NCBI GenBank assembly: GCA_030753015.1
Contig: JASMDC010000011.1
Coordinates: forward strand, 28,844 to 92,843
Source of the DNA: Candidatus Undinarchaeales archaeon
GTDB taxonomy: Archaea > SpSt-1190 > JASMDC01
Reading direction: 5' to 3'
DNA: 64,000 bases
Part shown: one piece after another, positions 58,715-64,000 of the stretch
Numbering within the stretch: position 1 is the first letter of the stretch
How the letters are laid out: each line of letters begins with the position of its first letter
Notes under the pieces: model-generated
Databases searched by the model: none
Told to the model about the DNA's origin: nothing
What the model saw: only the letters and a program-made list of their open reading frames with translations
Translations under genes and position numbers: made by a program

Positions 58715-59800
58715 GTGGACCTGGAGAAGCGTGTCGACCTGATCTACGGGGTCGGTGAGGAGGTCATAAACCTCGCGGAACTGCGTGAGCTGCTCCAGAC
58801 AAAGGACCGCCCCGTTGCCTACGACGGGTTCGAGCCCTCAGGTATCGCCCACCTCCCAGTGGGCGTGTTCCGGCCGATCCTGCTCAAGGACATGCTGGCC
58901 GCCGGTGTCGACTTCAAGCTCTTCATCGCGGACTGGCACGGCTGGATCAACAACAAGATGGGAGGGGATCTCGAGGCCATCAGGTCCGTGGGCAAGTACT
59001 TCCTCGAGGTGTGGAAGGCGGCCGGTGTCGACATGGACAAGGTCGAGGTCATATGGGCCTCTGACGTTGTCGCTGATCCGGACTACTGGAAGAAGGTCAT
59101 CGCCATCGCGCGACAGACGACGCTCAAGCGGATGGCGCGGTGCCTGACCATCATGGGACGGAAGGAAGGTGAGTTGCAGGAGACATCGCAGTACTTCTAC
59201 CCGGCCATGCAGTGCGCTGACATCTTCGAGATGGGTGTGGACATCTGCCAGCTGGGCATGGGGCAGCGTAAGATCAACATGCTGGCCCGCGAGCTGGGAC
59301 CAAAGCTCGGGCACTGGAAGCCCGTGTGCGTCCACCACCACATGCTCATGGGGCTCGATGGCCCGGTCAACGCCTCCGGGCTCGATGACGACACCGCGCT
59401 CGACGTCGAGATATCCTCGAAGATGTCCAAGTCCAATCCGGACTCGTGCATCTATGTCCATGATAGCGATGAGGCCATCCGAGCCAAGCTGAAGAAGGCC
59501 TACTGCCCGGCGGGCGATCCCGGGAATCCCATCATGGACTACGCCAAGCACATCGTGTTCCGGCTCCATGACACCTTCGTCATCAAGCGGCCGGCGAAGT
59601 TCGGCGGTGATATCGAGGTCCCATCCTATCCAGAGCTGGAGAGCATGTTCGAGGCGGGAGCCGTGCACCCGCTGGACTTGAAGAACGGTGTGGCCGACGT
59701 CCTCATCGAGTTCATCACGCCCATCCGTGAGCACTTCGAGAAGAACCCATCGGCGCGCAAGCTCTACGAGGTTGTCAAGACCCAGGAGATCACGCGCTGA
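58715..59800 (+). CDS. tyrS: Tyrosine--tRNA ligase
   Basis: AYDGFEPSG, YPAMQCAD, KMSKS and HPLDLK motifs. Confidence 0.96.
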   Translation: MDLEKRVDLIYGVGEEVINLAELRELLQTKDRPVAYDGFEPSGIAHLPVGVFRPILLKDMLAAGVDFKLFIADWHGWINNKMGGDLEAIRSVGKYFLEVWKAAGVDMDKVEVIWASDVVADPDYWKKVIAIARQTTLKRMARCLTIMGRKEGELQETSQYFYPAMQCADIFEMGVDICQLGMGQRKINMLARELGPKLGHWKPVCVHHHMLMGLDGPVNASGLDDDTALDVEISSKMSKSNPDSCIYVHDSDEAIRAKLKKAYCPAGDPGNPIMDYAKHIVFRLHDTFVIKRPAKFGGDIEVPSYPELESMFEAGAVHPLDLKNGVADVLIEFITPIREHFEKNPSARKLYEVVKTQEITR

Positions 59801-59817
59801 GAGGAGGAAGAGGTAGG

Positions 59818-60534
59818 ATGCTGGTGCTGTTCGACCTGGACGGCACCCTCCTCGACCTCTCCCTGCTGGCGGCCGTGCTGCGCGAGTCCATCGTCCGCAT
59901 GGTCGCCGATGAGATCGGCGTTTCAACAGATGAGGCCGAGGGGCAACTTGCCGGGACCGAGGACGAGCTCCGGCAGCAGGAAGGGAAAGTAACTTTCTTC
60001 AGTACAAAGGTCCATCCCGACGAGGACCCCCTCATCCTTCTCAACCAGGCCCTGCAGCGTGTGGCCCCGGCCATCGATGCCGTGGGCGCTTATAGCCGTA
60101 TCCGCACCTCCTGTGTGAGCCCGCCGTTCCCCGACGCCCTCCCTTGCCTCGAAGCGCTCAAGGCCCGGGGCCATACCATCGGCGTGTGCACGAACACGGT
60201 CCACGAGAAAGCGGTCCGCGAGCTCATAGATTCAGGGCTCACGCCCCACGTGGTGTTCCTGGTGGCTGGCGACGATGCAGCGCGCCCTCTGAAGGGCGAT
60301 CCTCCGGCCTACCGGCGCAAGCTGGAAGAGCTCGTGCGCGAGCATGGCGTTGTCCTGGTCGTGGGCGACGTGGTCAGCCTCGACCTGGCACCGGCGCATG
60401 AGGCTGGCTGTCGCACATGCCTTGTGGTGCGTGACTACACACCTGACCGCTCGCGTATGCTGCCCTGGCTCGACCATGTCGTGAGATCGCTGGCCGAGGT
60501 GCCCCCACTGGCAGACCGGGAGGGGCCTGCATGA
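59818..60534 (+). CDS. HAD-family hydrolase
   Basis: FDLDGTL, CTN and VGD...DL..A motifs. Confidence 0.88.
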   Translation: MLVLFDLDGTLLDLSLLAAVLRESIVRMVADEIGVSTDEAEGQLAGTEDELRQQEGKVTFFSTKVHPDEDPLILLNQALQRVAPAIDAVGAYSRIRTSCVSPPFPDALPCLEALKARGHTIGVCTNTVHEKAVRELIDSGLTPHVVFLVAGDDAARPLKGDPPAYRRKLEELVREHGVVLVVGDVVSLDLAPAHEAGCRTCLVVRDYTPDRSRMLPWLDHVVRSLAEVPPLADREGPA

Positions 60535-60666
60535 TCCCACCTGGCCGCGGGTGGCTCGCCCTATTCCTCGTGGCGGTCCTGCTAGCACACCTGACATTGG
60601 CCGCCCTCCCGCGTCCCGTGCACGAGCTGGAGGTACACACGATATCGGTCTCCGGGTGCCCGGGTG
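60531..60666 (+). pseudogene. 5' stub of an exported-protein gene, apparently truncated at a junction
   Basis: ATGA coupling to the HAD gene; signal peptide MIPPGRGWLALFLVAVLLAHLTLA, then reads antisense to FG-GAP repeats. Confidence 0.45.
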
Positions 60667-62450
60667 AGGACGTGCTCGGTGAACAACGGGTCGAAGGCAC
60701 CATCGTTCTCGTACCAGGCCATTGTCTCGTCGTCGTCGGAAGCGGTGATGACGTCCAGGTCGCCGTCGCCGTCCACGTCGGTCGGTGTCACCCTGCGGGC
60801 ACCGTCAGCGGATTCCGTGATCACCTGTCTGGTGAACGTCTGGGACCCGTCGTTCTCGTACCAGGCCACGGTGTCGTCGTTCTTGGACACTGCCAATACA
60901 TCCAGGTCCCCGTCGTCGTCCATGTCGGCGGCCCTGACGTCCGTGGCCCCGTCGGCTGATGTGGAGATGATCTGCTTGGTGAACGATGGCGTGGCGGCCC
61001 CGTCGCTCTTGTACCATGCGATGGTGTCGTCGTTCTCGGACGCGGCGAGCACGTCCACGTCGCCATCCTGGTCCAGGTCCACAACTTCCGCACGGCTTGC
61101 GACGTCAGCGGAGGTGGTGATGGTCTGCTTGGTGAACGACTGGGATCCGTCGTTCTTGTACCACGCGATGGTATCGTCGTTCATGGATGTGGCGAGCACG
61201 TCCATGTCACCGTCGCCGTCGATGTCGGCGGCGTAAGCAAAGGTCGCTCCGTCGGCGGAGGTGGTTATGGTCTGCTCGGTGAAGGAGGGCGTTGCCGCGC
61301 CATCGCTCTTGTACCATGCGATCGTGTCGTCGTTCTTGGAGGCGACCACCACGTCCAGATCACCGTCCCGGTCCACGTCGGCGGCCTGGGCGGAGTAGGG
61401 GCCGTTGGCCGAGCCCACCTCGGCCCTGGTGAAAGACGGGGCGGCGCCGCCGTTGTTCTTGTACCAGTAGACCTTGTCCTTACTATAGGAGGTGGCCAGC
61501 AGGTCCAGGTCGCCGTCGCCGTCGAGGTCGGCGACAGAGGCGTCGACGCCCTGGGTCAGGGCGGTGTCGGCCTTGTAGGTGGTGAACGTCAGCAGCGGGA
61601 TATTGTCTGGGGGGCCGTCGTGGGGCCGCGAGCCCACCCAGTCCCTGTCCGCGTCCATGCCGCCCATGGATAGGTGGTTGCTCCCGTCGTGGTCGGCCAC
61701 TGATGTGCCCTTGGCCCTGTTGAACTTGTAGTAGCTCCTCAGGCTCCCGATGTTGGGGTGGGTGCTGTCGACCTCCTTGTCCTTCCACGCAGAGATGGTG
61801 GAGGAGCTGAGGATGCCGTTCCAGATGCGCACCTCGTCCAGCCGCCCGATGTACCGCTGGGCGGACTCGAACCCGCCGCCCTGGGTGTCCTGGTCCTGGC
61901 CCAGCACGAGGGAGCCGCTGGACTTCAGGGAATCCCCCTTGGCCTCGTTGGTCTTCGTGCTCTTGAGGGTGCCGTCCTTGTAGTACTGGAGCCGCCCGTC
62001 GGACGAGCGCCAGGTGATGGCCACGTGGTGCCACTCGCCATCAGTGATGCCGTTGGAGAATGTGTGCTCCCGCTGGTCCTGGCAGTCGTCGCCGGTGAAG
62101 GCGTCGTTGTAGCAGTCCAGGGAGATCCTGAGGCCGGAGCTCGTGGTGGTTATCACGAAACCGTTGTCCCTTGCCTTAATATCCGAGCTCTTCTTATACC
62201 ACCATGAGAGAATCCTCCCCTCACTGGATTTGGTCTTCGCCCAGAACTCGATGGTGAGCGAGGTGGTGGGGAAGCTCGAGAAAGAGGTATCCTTGGCGTA
62301 CTCGCCAGAGGAGCTGCCGATATCCAGCGCGTGCCCCAGGTCCTCGGCCGCTGCTGTGGCCGGCGTCAGGCAGAGGAAGAGGCAGAGCGCGAGAGAGATC
62401 ACACTATAATAGGTATTGCGGGGAGATCCATGGTCGGCAGGTGCCCTCAT
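60582..62450 (-). CDS. Secreted pentraxin/LamG plus FG-GAP repeat protein, probably C-terminally truncated
   Basis: WHHVAITW, LVLGQDQD..GGGF and DEVRIW motifs; six D.DGDGD.D repeats. Confidence 0.85.
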   Translation of the reverse strand: MRAPADHGSPRNTYYSVISLALCLFLCLTPATAAAEDLGHALDIGSSSGEYAKDTSFSSFPTTSLTIEFWAKTKSSEGRILSWWYKKSSDIKARDNGFVITTTSSGLRISLDCYNDAFTGDDCQDQREHTFSNGITDGEWHHVAITWRSSDGRLQYYKDGTLKSTKTNEAKGDSLKSSGSLVLGQDQDTQGGGFESAQRYIGRLDEVRIWNGILSSSTISAWKDKEVDSTHPNIGSLRSYYKFNRAKGTSVADHDGSNHLSMGGMDADRDWVGSRPHDGPPDNIPLLTFTTYKADTALTQGVDASVADLDGDGDLDLLATSYSKDKVYWYKNNGGAAPSFTRAEVGSANGPYSAQAADVDRDGDLDVVVASKNDDTIAWYKSDGAATPSFTEQTITTSADGATFAYAADIDGDGDMDVLATSMNDDTIAWYKNDGSQSFTKQTITTSADVASRAEVVDLDQDGDVDVLAASENDDTIAWYKSDGAATPSFTKQIISTSADGATDVRAADMDDDGDLDVLAVSKNDDTVAWYENDGSQTFTRQVITESADGARRVTPTDVDGDGDLDVITASDDDETMAWYENDGAFDPLFTEHVLTRAPGDRYRVYLQLVHGTREGGQCQVC

Positions 62451-62770
62451 CCACACACCTCCGCATCCGGATGTTCCAGGCACACGAGACGCTCTAGTGC
62501 CTCCACCCGGTCGTTCAGCGCGTCGTTCTCTGCCTTCAGCGCCTCGATCTGACCCTGCTGGTCCTGGACTGCCTGCACCAGGAGCGGCGTGAGCCCGCCG
62601 TACTCGACGCCCCAGGGGTCCGCCTTTGGATCATCGCCGCCGACGGACACTACTTCGGGGTATATTTCGTACAGTTCCTGGGCGATGAACCCCGTGGTAG
62701 TGATGTTCACGCCGATGAAGTTGAAGTTCCTGACCTTCACCTTCATTAGACCGTCCAAGGTGTCCACCAT
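62447..62770 (-). CDS. Orphan C-terminal fragment of a peptidase S74 chaperone domain
   Basis: GFIAQEL..YP, V.Y..LTPLLV.A.Q; lacks SDARLK. Confidence 0.7.
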   Translation of the reverse strand: MVDTLDGLMKVKVRNFNFIGVNITTTGFIAQELYEIYPEVVSVGGDDPKADPWGVEYGGLTPLLVQAVQDQQGQIEALKAENDALNDRVEALERLVCLEHPDAEVCG

Positions 62771-62776
62771 GACCCC

Positions 62777-64000
62777 CTACGTGCAGATCTCCGCGTCCGG
62801 GTGGTCCTGGCAGATGATGGCCTTCAAGGCGTCGTTCTCGGCCTTGAGGTCCTGGACTGCCTGCACCAGGAGCGGCGTGAGCCTGCCGTAGTCGACGCCC
62901 CAAGGCTCCTCCTCGACATAATCGCTGCCCACCGACACCGCCACGGGATAGGCCTCGTACAGCTCCTGCGCGACGAAGCCTGTAGTGGTCGAATCCGAGC
63001 CGATGAAGTTGAAGTCCCTGACCTTCACTTGCATGATGTCCTCCAGGCCGTACCGGGTATCGACGACGTTCTCCTTGAGCCGGGCGTCAGAGGAGGTCTG
63101 GTAGACGACGCCGCCCGAACCGTCGCCCTCAATCTGGCCGATCAAAGTCCCGGTCCCGGAGCCTTTCGCGAAGGTCATGAAATTGTTCCCGCTTCCCAGG
63201 TCACCGGTGTACCCGATCTGGACCTGGAGCCCGTCGGCATTGTTGCCGTTGTACGTATTGAAGATTCGTGCCGCCTCTAGAACCGAATCACTGCCATGCA
63301 TGTCGAGTAGGTAGGTAGGATCGCTCGTCCCGATGCCGACCTCGGCCTCCGCCGTGAGCGTCACAACATTGGAACTGGTCCCCCGGTTGAACTGGAGATC
63401 GTCCTCATTGACACGGATTGCCCACTCGTTGTACGTGGTGTCGTGGTCATTGGCCATACCCAGGTAGAACCTACCGCCGGTGGCGGAGCCGCCAGCGTAC
63501 CCAGCAAGGCGGAGGAAGCCGTAGTTGGAGCCATCGGTCCCGATCTCCACCATGTCGTTCACGCCAGTGACCATCTTGATCCCGCCGCTGTCGGACACGA
63601 GGTTGATGGAATCGGTGCCAGTGCCCGCGTCGGCATGTATCTTGATGGTCTCTGATGTGCCGGCGTTGGCGCGGAGATAGATGGCGTCTGCCTCATTGAC
63701 GCTCGATACGATGTTGAGGTTGCCCGAGGACTGCATCGTGAGGTCCGTTCCGTCGCCCTCGATCTTCTCCCCGTCGTCGCCGAAGGTCAGGCCGACGCTG
63801 GCAGGGATATTGATGTCGGCCCCTGCCGTCAGCGCGATGTCGTCGTCGCTGCCGGTGTCGAGGGTGATGCCGCCGCCGTCGGAGAGGAGGTTGATCGACG
63901 CTGTGCCGGTCCCCTGGTCGGCGTGTATCTTGATGGTCTCTGATGTGCCGGCGTTGGCGCGGAGATAGATGGCGTCTGCCTCATTGACGCTCGATACGAT
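62777..64000 (-). CDS. Tail-fibre-like protein with C-terminal S74 autoprocessing domain (5' partial)
   Basis: Frame open to the window edge; VGIGTSDP, SSDARLKEN and GFVAQEL motifs. Confidence 0.88.
   Translation of the reverse strand: MVSSVNEADAIYLRANAGTSETIKIHADQGTGTASINLLSDGGGITLDTGSDDDIALTAGADINIPASVGLTFGDDGEKIEGDGTDLTMQSSGNLNIVSSVNEADAIYLRANAGTSETIKIHADAGTGTDSINLVSDSGGIKMVTGVNDMVEIGTDGSNYGFLRLAGYAGGSATGGRFYLGMANDHDTTYNEWAIRVNEDDLQFNRGTSSNVVTLTAEAEVGIGTSDPTYLLDMHGSDSVLEAARIFNTYNGNNADGLQVQIGYTGDLGSGNNFMTFAKGSGTGTLIGQIEGDGSGGVVYQTSSDARLKENVVDTRYGLEDIMQVKVRDFNFIGSDSTTTGFVAQELYEAYPVAVSVGSDYVEEEPWGVDYGRLTPLLVQAVQDLKAENDALKAIICQDHPDAEICT
63636..64000. repeat. Identical 77-bp direct repeat, 288-bp (96-codon) period
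   Basis: 63636-63712 is identical to 63924-64000. Confidence 0.9.

Noticed and set aside
62447-63060. S74 duplicate as a DGR TR/VR pair
   Set aside because: The differences include indels and all base types, and are not adenine-specific

Overview
Archaeal chromosomal DNA, visibly GC-rich, with TATA-box promoters and GGAGG/GGTGA ribosome-binding sites. Some features look DPANN-like, but the lineage cannot be fixed from sequence alone. The housekeeping core comprises rnp3-rnp2-psmA-SBDS-rrp4-rrp41-rrp42-rps2-MEMO1, prefoldin alpha, gltX, toprim-dnaG-tyrS, queC, eL41 and tRNA-Arg(GCG). It is interspersed with surface proteins (LamG/PQQ mosaic, pilin-anchored Ig-repeat protein, pentraxin/FG-GAP protein, S74 fibre), a vapBC pair, an IS200/IS605 tnpB remnant and many acidic orphan genes. 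The most notable observations are five. (1) An array of three small acidic peptide genes beside the tRNA, with shared upstream motifs and a covarying 3' RNA hairpin. (2) An intact exosome operon whose Rrp41 lacks all catalytic residues. (3) The same ~90-aa 'FxWxxVPG' module inserted in frame in two unrelated proteins. (4) A CaCA exchanger with a 154-aa, 10-Cys loop insertion. (5) A half-length Rqc2/NFACT. All assignments come from motif recognition by eye; no searches were run.
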